DNA of 64,000 nt. It comes from Candidatus Hadarchaeota archaeon (lineage in GTDB: Archaea; Hadarchaeota; Hadarchaeia; Hadarchaeales; JAGGTB01). This document shows positions 19,674 to 29,050 of this stretch, piece after piece; the stretch's first letter is position 1; each line of letters opens with the position of its first letter. Made by a program: the position numbers and the translations under genes. The notes beneath the pieces were generated by a model that saw nothing but the letters and a program-made list of their open reading frames with translations, had not been told where the DNA came from and ran no database searches. The stretch is taken from contig CAYLJV010000002.1 of the NCBI GenBank assembly GCA_964384105.1, positions 64,001 through 128,000 of the forward strand, written 5' to 3'.

Positions 19674-20540
19674 TCAATTCAAAGACTGGACAGTTACTGT
19701 TTCTTGAGGCAGATAAAGTTCTCCCTCTCCAGTGGCGATTACAAGTTTAGGTTCGTCTACCTCCTCAGGGCAAGAATGGGCTACTTCTATCGGTAACGAT
19801 TCTATATTTTCCATATAAATTGGGCGTCCATCCGTCTCCCTATCCCAAGGAGGACGTAGAGAGACTTCTATCTTTTCTGAGGATCTACCAGAAACTATAC
19901 CTAAGTCCCACCGGGGATAGTCAAGATAAACAGTGTGCTTTTCGGGTGTGTAAATACATGCATATAACCTCGGCGGGTCAGTATGTCTGGAGAACAAGAA
20001 ATCATTTTTAACTTCAAGTGTTCCTATGGGTATCGATTCCTCTCCACCTTCCCAAGCTCCTTCGAAACTGACTCTATCCTGAAAATCCAACTCGTAGGAT
20101 GGTTGCGATCCTATTACGTCGAAGGAAACAAAAGCTAGAATAATAATTAACAGAGAAACCAATATTCCTCGCTTCAATCCTTTGCTGATTTTTAATCCTC
20201 TCTGCCACTGATAACCCATTCCAATAAACAAGATCGAGGAGACTACAAGAGCCAAAAATACCGCGTTTGTTCCCAGACTAAAGGTATCAATAATATACCA
20301 AAGGAAGACGATGTAGGATAGCACTGATAACACGTAAAAGAACTTGTCCAGGATTCTCTTATTTATCAGATTACCAGAAACAAGAAAAGTAGGGAACGCT
20401 ATCAACAGAATTATCGATTTTATAGTCGGTGAAAGATCGGCTATTATCTCTCGACCAAAGTAAACAACAGCGACTACACCAAGAGCTATACCCACAATAT
20501 AAAGCAAATCGGAAGCATCAATATCGAAGTCAAGAGCCAA
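19674..20540 (-). CDS. Multi-TM membrane protein with extracytoplasmic C-terminal domain
   Basis: Five hydrophobic segments, then a soluble domain with two Cys; SD gaggagg before TTG. Confidence 0.75.
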   Translation of the reverse strand: MALDFDIDASDLLYIVGIALGVVAVVYFGREIIADLSPTIKSIILLIAFPTFLVSGNLINKRILDKFFYVLSVLSYIVFLWYIIDTFSLGTNAVFLALVVSSILFIGMGYQWQRGLKISKGLKRGILVSLLIIILAFVSFDVIGSQPSYELDFQDRVSFEGAWEGGEESIPIGTLEVKNDFLFSRHTDPPRLYACIYTPEKHTVYLDYPRWDLGIVSGRSSEKIEVSLRPPWDRETDGRPIYMENIESLPIEVAHSCPEEVDEPKLVIATGEGELYLPQETVTVQSLN

Positions 20541-20579
20541 TTTAGATACCTCCTCGATTTTTAATTAGACGGATATTGT

Positions 20580-20616
20580 AGTATAAATTAAGTTCCAGAA
20601 CTGAAACGAAATTTAA
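20580..20616. promoter_or_regulatory. Bidirectional promoter/operator, copy 2
   Basis: agtataaattaagttccagaactgaaacgaaatttaa between divergent genes. Confidence 0.7.
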
Positions 20617-20643
20617 GTAACTTATACAAGATAGAATTTCACG

Positions 20644-21342
20644 ATGGGTATCCGAGGAAAAAAGTACTGGATAATTGCGATAATTGTATCATTAGTCGTA
20701 GGACTGGGAACTTACTCTATAGTCAACTCCCTCTCAGAGGAAGAATCGAGGGAACTATTCATAAAAGAGGGTGGAAAACAGGTCGAGCTGGAGAACGTAA
20801 AATACTCGGTCGAAAGAGTCGAGAACTTAATCAAAGAGCACGCCTACCGTTTGGAACTTCGAATTAAGAAGGAGTTCGAGGATATAGAAAATCTTCCCAA
20901 AACTCTGAACTTGAAAATATCGGAAAGCGTCTATCTAAGATCTCTCGAGAATTCGATACTCTACAGAGAAACCAACGAAAGAACAGTAGGTTCCCTGGAC
21001 TGGCTCTTCTCTCCGATCGCATCTGGAGCGGTTTTCGCCGCACTAGCAGCAATTAGACTTCGAAAGCCCGAGACACGAGGACAAGCCGCAACCCTACTTC
21101 TCGAAAATGGATGGGAACAGGCGAGAGTCCGGGACGTGGAATTGTTAGCAGCAATAATCAAGATGAAAAGATTCACTATCCCTGAACTTATGAGTCGTGT
21201 CGGAACTTCGAAGAGCACAACCTATCGGACCGTCAGAGAACTTGCCGAACTGGGTTTAATCGAAGAGACTGAGGAAGAGAAAACTCCTGACAGCGTAAGA
21301 GGAAAACCAAGTAAGGTTTACAGATACACAGAAACCGGTTAA
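20644..21342 (+). CDS. Membrane-anchored winged-HTH transcriptional regulator
   Basis: TM, soluble loop, TM, then FTIPELMSRVGTSKSTTYRTVRELAELGLIEE...RGKPSKVY. Confidence 0.8.
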   Translation: MGIRGKKYWIIAIIVSLVVGLGTYSIVNSLSEEESRELFIKEGGKQVELENVKYSVERVENLIKEHAYRLELRIKKEFEDIENLPKTLNLKISESVYLRSLENSILYRETNERTVGSLDWLFSPIASGAVFAALAAIRLRKPETRGQAATLLLENGWEQARVRDVELLAAIIKMKRFTIPELMSRVGTSKSTTYRTVRELAELGLIEETEEEKTPDSVRGKPSKVYRYTETG

Positions 21343-21351
21343 AATCAATTA

Positions 21352-21554
21352 TTTTTTGTTATGGGTGTAACAAAAAGCCGGGTTAGTAAAAAATATTGAT
21401 TTTGAAGAACTTTTTAAAAAGTTACAGTCAATTGAGTCCAGTCTCAAATTATAGGTGACCTATATTAAATCCCTAAATATTGATTTAATTTGGAATCAAA
21501 AGCTAATTCGGCGTTTTCTTTTACAAAATTTTTTGTTACGGGCATAACAAAAAA
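21352..21554. repeat. Pair of palindromic, mutually inverted ~25 bp repeats
   Basis: ttttttgttatgggtgtaacaaaaa (21352-21376) and ttttttgttacgggcataacaaaaaa (21529-21554). Confidence 0.7.
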
Positions 21555-21676
21555 CTCTCTCTAATCCTGTATTAATGTGTCAGCCACCACCAATAGGTTA
21601 TTTAAATTTTGTTTCCCGATCGAAACAAAGCCTAAATAGACTCTAACCTCATACCGTCTGGAAATGGAGACTTTTT

Positions 21677-22309
21677 ATGAAATTAAAAGATATTTTCCGG
21701 AAAAAATCCTTCAAATACCCGCTTATTGCGATTATAATACTCTTTTTCCTCTCAATAGTTCTCATAAACGCTAATTTTAACGCCACTAAGAGTAAAACAT
21801 CTATAAACACATCTAAAGAATCCTTTTCGGTTTCTGAATCTGAAATTGAAACGGATCTTAGAGAAAGAGTATTTCTTTATGTAGAAGACCAGTCACTCAA
21901 CGGAACTCTTGATAAAAATCTCCAAGAGTTTTTAAAAGAAACCAGTTCAGATGTCAAATCTTTCTTGAATTTAAAGGAGAGTTTTGGTGGTCCGACTATC
22001 GCTGTTAAAATACTTCGTGAGAAAATTGACTACATCCCACTTTATTCGATGGGTGAAATTGATGTCCTGTTCTTCTATTCCTCATCCGGTGAAACTTCTT
22101 ACTTCGAAAAATTCGTAAGAGAAGAATTTGGCGGGCCTAATGTGACAGTTATTTTTGAATCTTCTGACGGACCCCAAAAAATAGTTAGGGGAAAATTGAC
22201 TCTCAGGGACATCAGTTACGGGATCACGACACCAGGAGGATACAAAAACCGATTGGCGGAACAGATAGCGAGGAGAGTTTCAAACGAAATTAAAGAAATT
22301 TCTTTCTAG
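21677..22309 (+). CDS. Hypothetical membrane-anchored protein
   Basis: Basic N-terminus, one TM, soluble domain; palindrome tttgtttc-N6-gaaacaaa upstream (21608-21629). Confidence 0.7.
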   Translation: MKLKDIFRKKSFKYPLIAIIILFFLSIVLINANFNATKSKTSINTSKESFSVSESEIETDLRERVFLYVEDQSLNGTLDKNLQEFLKETSSDVKSFLNLKESFGGPTIAVKILREKIDYIPLYSMGEIDVLFFYSSSGETSYFEKFVREEFGGPNVTVIFESSDGPQKIVRGKLTLRDISYGITTPGGYKNRLAEQIARRVSNEIKEISF

Positions 22310-22414
22310 TCCCTCAGTAATTAAATGGAGTACTTTTGCAGCTAACCTATGCCTGTAAAAAATACAAAATATCTCCCGATGAAATTTCATAGAAAAATTA
22401 ACTGATACACAAAA

Positions 22415-23236
22415 TCAACGAGATTCCCGGTAACCTTCCACACTCCCTTGCTTTATCTCCCTCGCGAATTCCCCAATATCAGACAAAGTACTCTCCGGAT
22501 CTTCCAAATTCCGTCCGTATATCCTGCCAAGAGCACTCCCAGTTATAACTCCATCAGCCCCAGCCGAAACAATTGCTCTGGCGTGCTCCCTTCGAGATAT
22601 TCCAAAGCCAGCCATCATTGGTATACCTGTACGGTCTCTCACCCTCTCGATCAGTTCAATTGTAGAACTCGGAAGAGAGTCCCTGGCCCCTGTAACTCCC
22701 TCAACATTTATAATGTAAATAAAGCCTGAGGCAGAATCAAGAATTTTATCCAACCGATTCTCCGAGGTATTCGGCGTTACCTGCAAGATAACATCTATAT
22801 CGTTCTTCCCCCCAGCATCCAACACTTCTTGGATTTCTTCAACCGGTAAATTGGGAATTATCACACCCTGAGCTCCGGCCTCACTTATATCCTCAAAAAA
22901 TTTCTCTAAACCATAGACATACGGTATGTTATAGTAAGTAGTGACTATCAATGGAACCTTCAAACCTTCAGCCCTCAACTTCCTTATTCCTTCAATGCAC
23001 CTCGCTGGCGTAATCCCATTCTTTAAGGCTCTCTCGCAAGCCGACTGAAAGACCGGTCCATCGGCTGTAGGATCGGAGAAAGGAATTCCAAATTCGATGA
23101 AGTCCGCCCCGTTTTCAACTAATTCCTTCACTTGTTTCAAAGAAAACTGTTCGCTTGGGTCTCCATAGTATATATGGGGCATATAGGCCCCTTCTCTCTT
23201 TTCTTTCAGATCCTCAAACCTTTCATCTATTCTCAT
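22415..23236 (-). CDS. trpA: Tryptophan synthase alpha chain
   Basis: IEFGIPFSDPTADGP, GVTGAR, GFGIS, ADGVITGSA. Confidence 0.95.
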   Translation of the reverse strand: MRIDERFEDLKEKREGAYMPHIYYGDPSEQFSLKQVKELVENGADFIEFGIPFSDPTADGPVFQSACERALKNGITPARCIEGIRKLRAEGLKVPLIVTTYYNIPYVYGLEKFFEDISEAGAQGVIIPNLPVEEIQEVLDAGGKNDIDVILQVTPNTSENRLDKILDSASGFIYIINVEGVTGARDSLPSSTIELIERVRDRTGIPMMAGFGISRREHARAIVSAGADGVITGSALGRIYGRNLEDPESTLSDIGEFAREIKQGSVEGYRESR

Positions 23237-24428
23237 TTTTTACATACTCCAAAATCGTTTCCAAATCTTTCTCCCCTCTACCCGAGAAATTAAGCACGAC
23301 TATCTCATCCCTCTCGAACTCCTCCTGGTGGTTTATCATGTAGGCTACAGCATGAGCGGTTTCCAGAGCCGGAATCAGACCTTCAGACTTCGCCATGACT
23401 TTCACGGCTTCGAAGACCTCTTTATCGAACGCATAGCAGGCATTTATCCTGTCGATATCGTAGAGATGGGATAGCTCCGGACCCCTCGCCGGGTAGTTCA
23501 GGCCCGCACTTCTTGTCTTTGAGGGTTTTATCTGCCCGTTCTCATCTTGCAGAGTGTACATCAGAGCCCCGTGGATAACGCCCGGACTTCCCAGCTGGAA
23601 AGCCGCAGCACTGTTATCTGCGTCCAGGCTCTCCCCTCCACCCTCGACAAAGTAGAGTCTAACATCCTCGTCCACAAAAGGCCTAAAGGCACCCAGAGCA
23701 TTACTTCCACCACTACCACAGGCAACTATCGCATCGGGAAGCGTTCCCTCCCTCTCGAGAATCTGACTCTTTATCTCTTTCCCAATCACACTCTGGAAAC
23801 TGGCCACTATCTCCGGAAAAGGATGTGGCCCAACCGTCGAACCCATCAGATAATGGGTCGTGTTGGAACACGAGGCCCACTCTCTCAAAGTATCCGAAAC
23901 AGCGTCCTTCAAAACACCTCCACCAATATTTACGGGTCGTATATCAGCCCCAAGCAACTTCATTCTATCGACGTTCGAAGGTTGCCTCTTAATATCGTGA
24001 ACTCCCATGAAAACTTCGACTTCCAGATTGCAGACATTGCCTGCCATTGTACTCGCAACACCGTGCATCCCCGCCGCGGTCTCCGTTATCAATCGGGACT
24101 TACCCATCTCCTTGGCCAAAAGCGCCTGTCCCAGAGTGTTATTGAGTTTATGAGATCCACCGTACGTGATATCCTCACGTTTCAGATAGACCTTACATCC
24201 AATCTTCTCGCTGAATTTTTCGGCATGGTAAAGAGGTGTGGGTCTCCCACCAAAGTTCTTTAGTAAGTTCTGGTACTCCTTCTGAAATTTTGGGTCCGGA
24301 TAAAGTCTCTCGAACTTCTCTTCGAGTTCGAGGAGAGCCGGCATCAGCATTTCATTTACGTATCTTCCACCGAACCTGCCGAAACGACCCTTTTCATCAA
24401 CCGATCTTTCTAAGAGATTTTCTACCAC
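23223..24428 (-). CDS. trpB: Tryptophan synthase beta chain (TrpB1-type, divergent)
   Basis: GRFGGRY, GRPTPL, LKRED..GGSHKLNN, GPHPFP, ALETAHA, NFSGRGEKD. Confidence 0.93.
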   Translation of the reverse strand: MVENLLERSVDEKGRFGRFGGRYVNEMLMPALLELEEKFERLYPDPKFQKEYQNLLKNFGGRPTPLYHAEKFSEKIGCKVYLKREDITYGGSHKLNNTLGQALLAKEMGKSRLITETAAGMHGVASTMAGNVCNLEVEVFMGVHDIKRQPSNVDRMKLLGADIRPVNIGGGVLKDAVSDTLREWASCSNTTHYLMGSTVGPHPFPEIVASFQSVIGKEIKSQILEREGTLPDAIVACGSGGSNALGAFRPFVDEDVRLYFVEGGGESLDADNSAAAFQLGSPGVIHGALMYTLQDENGQIKPSKTRSAGLNYPARGPELSHLYDIDRINACYAFDKEVFEAVKVMAKSEGLIPALETAHAVAYMINHQEEFERDEIVVLNFSGRGEKDLETILEYVKNENR

Positions 24429-24430
24429 AA

Positions 24431-25081
24431 TTACCCACCTACCTCTCTTACAAATTCTTCCATAAGCTTATGATCTTTCTTACCAGGTTCAGATTCAACA
24501 CCACTAGAGACATCGACGGCGAAAGGTCGGACCTTTTCGATAGCCAAGCGGACGTTTGAAGGATTGAGACCACCTGCTAAGATTATCGGAACTTTCAGGT
24601 TATCCCTTATCATAGAACTAACTTCCCAATCATGTGTCTCTCCAGTTCCACCACCAGAACCCAGTTTGGTATCTAATAACAACCTGTCCGAAACAGCGGC
24701 AATATCTCTAGCCTCCGAGACCACCTCCGCGGACTCCTCAAAATCTTTAGATACATGAAAGACACCAATAACTTTGATTTTCTCGCGAATCTCCTCCATC
24801 TCTCGACCGTACATTCTATTATGTACCTGCAAAAAGTCTGGATTCAATTCATTCACCAGATCCTCTGCTTCATTTACATTTTCAGGAGTCGTAACTACTA
24901 CTCTCTCTACACCCTCCGGTACACTGTCAAACACCCTAGCCGCCTGTTCAACAGTAATATTCCTAGGAGTAGGGACGTTAACATTAACGACAACTCCTAC
25001 CATGTCCACCCCGATATCACAGGCCACCTTGGCATCCTCGGAGTTTGTAAATCCACATATCTTAGTTTTAACCACTTCCAT
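24431..25081 (-). CDS. trpF: Phosphoribosylanthranilate isomerase
   Basis: KICG, LQVH, LLLD, GGTG..HDW, LAGGL...NV, VDVSSGVE. Confidence 0.95.
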   Translation of the reverse strand: MEVVKTKICGFTNSEDAKVACDIGVDMVGVVVNVNVPTPRNITVEQAARVFDSVPEGVERVVVTTPENVNEAEDLVNELNPDFLQVHNRMYGREMEEIREKIKVIGVFHVSKDFEESAEVVSEARDIAAVSDRLLLDTKLGSGGGTGETHDWEVSSMIRDNLKVPIILAGGLNPSNVRLAIEKVRPFAVDVSSGVESEPGKKDHKLMEEFVREVGG

Positions 25082-25847
25082 CACCAAAAACAAGTTCACG
25101 AACCTTCCCCTCAACGTTATTGGACTTCATTATAGAAGTACCTACGAGAACAGCATCAGCCCCTGCCTCGAGGATCTTTTCAACATCCGCTCTATTCTTT
25201 ATACCACTCTCACTCAGAAGAACAGTATCCTCGGGAATATACCTGGAAATCCTCTCTGTTCTAGACAAGTCGATCTCCATAGTTCTCAGGTCCCTATTGT
25301 TTATGCCTATAATATCCGCATCAACAGAAGTTGCGAATTTTGCCTGATCTTTATCCCTGACTTCTACCAACGTCTCTAACTCAAGCTCCTTAGATTTATT
25401 AACAAATTTAGGAAGGGTGTCTCCCAAAACCTCAGTTATAAGTAAAACTGCATCGGCACCGTACTTCTTAGCTTGATAAAGCTGATATTCGTCTACAATG
25501 AAATCCTTTCGGAGGATTGGTACTTCAACTGTGTCATGAACCGTTCTCAGATATTCCAATTTACCCCTAAACCGATTGGATTCAGTTAATACCGAAATTC
25601 CTACAACTCCACCGTTGACCAAAGATATGGCAAGTCCATCAACCTCAAAATCGGACCTTATCAAACCCTCAGAAGGCGATGCGCGTTTAAGTTCCCCGAT
25701 CACCGGAGCATTTGACTCTTTCTTTATAGATTCGAGTAAACTTCTTTTCTCAAAATTTTCAAGATCCGGAAAGTCGATAGGATTAACTTTCTTCTCTCTC
25801 TCCACATCAGTACGGACATCTTCAACTATATCTTCCAGAATACTCAA
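25068..25847 (-). CDS. trpC: Indole-3-glycerol phosphate synthase
   Basis: ELKRASPSEG, SVLTE, LRKDFI, GINNRDL, SESGI. Confidence 0.96.
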   Translation of the reverse strand: MSILEDIVEDVRTDVEREKKVNPIDFPDLENFEKRSLLESIKKESNAPVIGELKRASPSEGLIRSDFEVDGLAISLVNGGVVGISVLTESNRFRGKLEYLRTVHDTVEVPILRKDFIVDEYQLYQAKKYGADAVLLITEVLGDTLPKFVNKSKELELETLVEVRDKDQAKFATSVDADIIGINNRDLRTMEIDLSRTERISRYIPEDTVLLSESGIKNRADVEKILEAGADAVLVGTSIMKSNNVEGKVRELVFGDGSG

Positions 25848-26899
25848 ATTGATTCCTCCAATTTTTCGATTTTAGTCATACTCCCACCACTGGCCCTCAC
25901 CAGTTGATCAAGTTTTTCATAAGCTCTACCGGAATCAACTGCTTCTCTAGCAATTTCTAAACCTTCTTCCAAATCCGTCGATTCGTCCCCAACAAAAATA
26001 GCGGCGGCGGCGTTCAACAGGGTTATATCTCTACAAGACCCACTCTCCCCATGCAATATCCTCAGCAGTATTCGAGCATTTTCCTTGGCATCCCCACCTG
26101 AAAGATCTTCTGGCTTTGCTTTGTGTATTCCCAAATCTCCAGGTTGAATACTGTAAGTCCTTATTTCATCGTCGATGAGCTCGGAAACTCGGGTCCTACC
26201 CAAAGTCGATATTTCATCAAGTCCATCCAACCCATTGAAAACCATAGCTCTCTCTGTCTCCAGTTTCTTCAATACCTCGGCTATCTTCTCTGTCAGAGAA
26301 TGATCGTATATGCCAACGGCTTGTGCTTTGGCTCCCGCCGGATTTGTCAGAGGACCCAAAAGATTGAAGACTGTCCTCAGCTTGATCTCTTTCCTCGGTC
26401 CAATGGCGTGCTTCATGGCTTTATGAAAAATTGGGGCGAACATAAAACCAATACCTATCCGCTCTATTGATTTTTCAACTTTGTCAGGGGCAAGCTCGAT
26501 ATTCACACCCAAAGCCTCGAGTACATCCGCGCTCCCAGATTTACTGGTGACAGAGCGATTGCCATGCTTCGCTATCGGGACGCCTGCACCTGCTGCCACG
26601 AACATCGCCGAAGTGCTTATATTAAACGTATTCAATCTGTCGCCCCCCGTTCCACAAGTGTCAACTAAAAACCCATCTACGTCGGGATGTATTCTAGTAG
26701 CAAACTTTTGCATCGCCCTGGCAAAGGATGCCATTTCAGTGGGTGTTTCACCCTTCATTCTCAAAGCGGCTAGAAGTGCCCCTATCTGAGCGGGAGTCGC
26801 TTCACCTGACATTATTTTTTCCATGACTCTCTCAGATTCATCTTCGGCAAGATCATCTCTCTCTATCAACTTGTTTATAGCCGTCTGTATAGTGCTCAA
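25844..26899 (-). CDS. trpD: Anthranilate phosphoribosyltransferase
   Basis: DTCGTGGD, NIST, KHGNRSVTSKSGSADVLE, RTVFNLLGPLTNP. Confidence 0.97.
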   Translation of the reverse strand: MSTIQTAINKLIERDDLAEDESERVMEKIMSGEATPAQIGALLAALRMKGETPTEMASFARAMQKFATRIHPDVDGFLVDTCGTGGDRLNTFNISTSAMFVAAGAGVPIAKHGNRSVTSKSGSADVLEALGVNIELAPDKVEKSIERIGIGFMFAPIFHKAMKHAIGPRKEIKLRTVFNLLGPLTNPAGAKAQAVGIYDHSLTEKIAEVLKKLETERAMVFNGLDGLDEISTLGRTRVSELIDDEIRTYSIQPGDLGIHKAKPEDLSGGDAKENARILLRILHGESGSCRDITLLNAAAAIFVGDESTDLEEGLEIAREAVDSGRAYEKLDQLVRASGGSMTKIEKLEESI

Positions 26900-27474
26900 T
26901 CTCCTCCAACCTCCAGAAAATTCTTTATAATTTTTTTTCCTTCCGAGGTCAAAATCGACTCGGGATGGAACTGTAAACCAAATAATGGGTAGTCTCTATG
27001 CTGTATCCCCATTATCTCCCCGCTGTCATCCAAGGTCCTAGAAGTAACCCGAAAACAGTCGGGAAGAGAAGAGCTATCGACTACAAGAGAATGATATCTA
27101 GTTGCTTCAAGAGGATTTGAAATATTTCTATAGAGAAAGCTTCCGTCATGCTCTATCATAGAGGTTTTACCATGCATTATCTCTCTGGCGTACGAAATCC
27201 TAGCGTCGAAGGCGTATGCTATGACCTGATGACCGAGGCAAACACCCAAAATAGGTATCTTAAGGCCAAGACTTCTCACTACTTCTAGAGAAATTCCTGA
27301 ATCCTCTGGCCTTCCCGGACCTGGAGAAATCACTATCCTGTCAGGATCTTCTTTTTCGATATCTTCTAAATTAGAATCATTTCGGAATACTACCGGATCT
27401 GCTCCTAACTCACCGACATATTGAACGAGATTATAGACAAAGGAATCAATATTATCAATTACAGCTACTTTCAA
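26896..27474 (-). CDS. trpG: Anthranilate synthase component II
   Basis: IDNIDSFVYNL, SPGPG, LGVCLGHQ, RYHSL, QFHPES. Confidence 0.96.
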   Translation of the reverse strand: MKVAVIDNIDSFVYNLVQYVGELGADPVVFRNDSNLEDIEKEDPDRIVISPGPGRPEDSGISLEVVRSLGLKIPILGVCLGHQVIAYAFDARISYAREIMHGKTSMIEHDGSFLYRNISNPLEATRYHSLVVDSSSLPDCFRVTSRTLDDSGEIMGIQHRDYPLFGLQFHPESILTSEGKKIIKNFLEVGGD

Positions 27475-28961
27475 CCGATACACCCTCCTGCCCTTAGCAA
27501 AGATCTCGCTTTACTCTCCGTTTCATGGTACTCTTTCTCGGGAACAGAATCTGCAACTATCCCTGCTCCAACTTGAATATGCGCTTCCTCACCGTCCGAA
27601 GTAAGAGTTCGAATAGCAATTGCAAAATCAGCATCACCGGTATAACTGAAGGAACCGACAGCACCTGAATAAATTCCCCTACAGGTTGGCTCAAGCTCTT
27701 GAATTATCTCCATCGCCCTAACCTTCGGGGCACCTGTTACAGTTCCTGCAGGAAAAACAGCACGAAAGGCATCAAATGCATCACACGTTTCCTTGATATC
27801 ACCGGTAACTGTGCTTACTATATGCTGGACATCTCCATATTTCTCTATCTCCATGAATTCGGGGGTCTCAACCGAGCCAAATTTAGAGACCTTGCCGATA
27901 TCGTTACGCCCTAAATCCACTAGCATAACATGCTCGGCTCTCTCCTTCTCGTCGGCCAGAAGTTCCGTTTCCATCGCCTTATCCGACTCATAGTCCTTTC
28001 CTCTAGACCTAGTTCCAGCGATTGGTCGGGTCATAACCTTCCCATCGTTTACTCTAACCAAAGACTCCGGACTTGACCCTACAACCTTCTGTTCCTGAAA
28101 ATCTAGGAAATACATATACGGCGAAGGATTGATCTCCCTGAGCTTTAAATAGAAATCACCCAAGGGCGGAGATGGGTCTAAGTCAATCCTTCTTGAGAGT
28201 ACGGTCTGAATAACTTCACCCTCCCGAATATAGTCCTTTATCTTGCCAACACCTTCTTCAAAACCCTCTTTTTCTAGATTAGATTCCAAATGAACAGTTC
28301 TCTCAGACTCAGTCGGATAATTCATTTTCTCCGAAAAAATTTCTTCAAGTCTTTCCTTAGCCTCCTGATGAAACTCCTCAAATTCTCTTTCCCTCGTTAG
28401 AAGGAGCAGGGAAGCATAATATGTCACATTCTTGAGGTGGTCAAAAACGATTACGATTGAAGGCAACATGAACTCCATAGTGGGGTGATCCAAATCATTC
28501 GCTTCGCTGGTTTCTATCCCAAAAAGAGAAGAAACATAATCGTAACTTATGTATCCAGTCACTCCGAGAATGTACCGGGGAACATTGAGACCCACAAAAT
28601 GCAACTCATCAAAAAGCATGGATTTTCTTAAGATTTCCAAACTGTCCGTCTCTTCATTATCCTCGCTTAAGGACAAATTTGCCTCTTTCACTAATTCTGG
28701 AGAACCGCTAATCTCTCTTTTCCCATTTCTGATCTTTAGATTCAGTAAAGGAAGAGCACCAATAACCGAATATCTAGAGCTATTTTTTGGACCGGTCAAA
28801 GACTCCAAGAGGTATGAAGGTTCATACTTCTCCCTTAACCCGAGATATGCCTTCGCAGGATCTTTGCAACCTTCTTCAGTTGCCACTAACGGAATTAAAC
28901 ACGGACGTCCCATCTCCTCAGCCAATGTTTTTGCATCTTCTTTACAGGGCATAATTTCCAT
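27471..28961 (-). CDS. trpE: Anthranilate synthase component I
   Basis: LLES, NPSPYM, PIAGT, EHVMLVDLGRND, TGAPKVRAM, GAGIVADS. Confidence 0.96.
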   Translation of the reverse strand: MEIMPCKEDAKTLAEEMGRPCLIPLVATEEGCKDPAKAYLGLREKYEPSYLLESLTGPKNSSRYSVIGALPLLNLKIRNGKREISGSPELVKEANLSLSEDNEETDSLEILRKSMLFDELHFVGLNVPRYILGVTGYISYDYVSSLFGIETSEANDLDHPTMEFMLPSIVIVFDHLKNVTYYASLLLLTREREFEEFHQEAKERLEEIFSEKMNYPTESERTVHLESNLEKEGFEEGVGKIKDYIREGEVIQTVLSRRIDLDPSPPLGDFYLKLREINPSPYMYFLDFQEQKVVGSSPESLVRVNDGKVMTRPIAGTRSRGKDYESDKAMETELLADEKERAEHVMLVDLGRNDIGKVSKFGSVETPEFMEIEKYGDVQHIVSTVTGDIKETCDAFDAFRAVFPAGTVTGAPKVRAMEIIQELEPTCRGIYSGAVGSFSYTGDADFAIAIRTLTSDGEEAHIQVGAGIVADSVPEKEYHETESKARSLLRAGGCIG

Positions 28962-28998
28962 TAAGAAAACCTCAAAACTGTTAGTTTGATAAAAGCTT

Positions 28999-29034
28999 TG
29001 TACTATTTAAAACCTTGCAGTACAATAATGTACA
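28999..29034. promoter_or_regulatory. TRP boxes (TrpY operator) flanking the trpE TATA box
   Basis: TGTACT 28999-29004; AGTACA-ataa-TGTACA 29019-29034; minus-strand TTTTAAATA at ~29004-29012. Confidence 0.8.
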
Positions 29035-29050
29035 AAAAACTGGAGGAGAT

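Noticed and set aside
19527-19796. 89-aa plus-strand ORF
   Set aside because: Overlaps the 3' end of the minus-strand gene, has no SD and an atypical composition.
17093-21629. Repeated ~37-bp motif as a CRISPR repeat
   Set aside because: Copies are kilobases apart, without regular spacers or cas genes.
23547-24263. 238-aa plus-strand ORF and the many other antisense ORFs in the track
   Set aside because: Shadows of well-supported genes on the opposite strand, with no motifs or SD.
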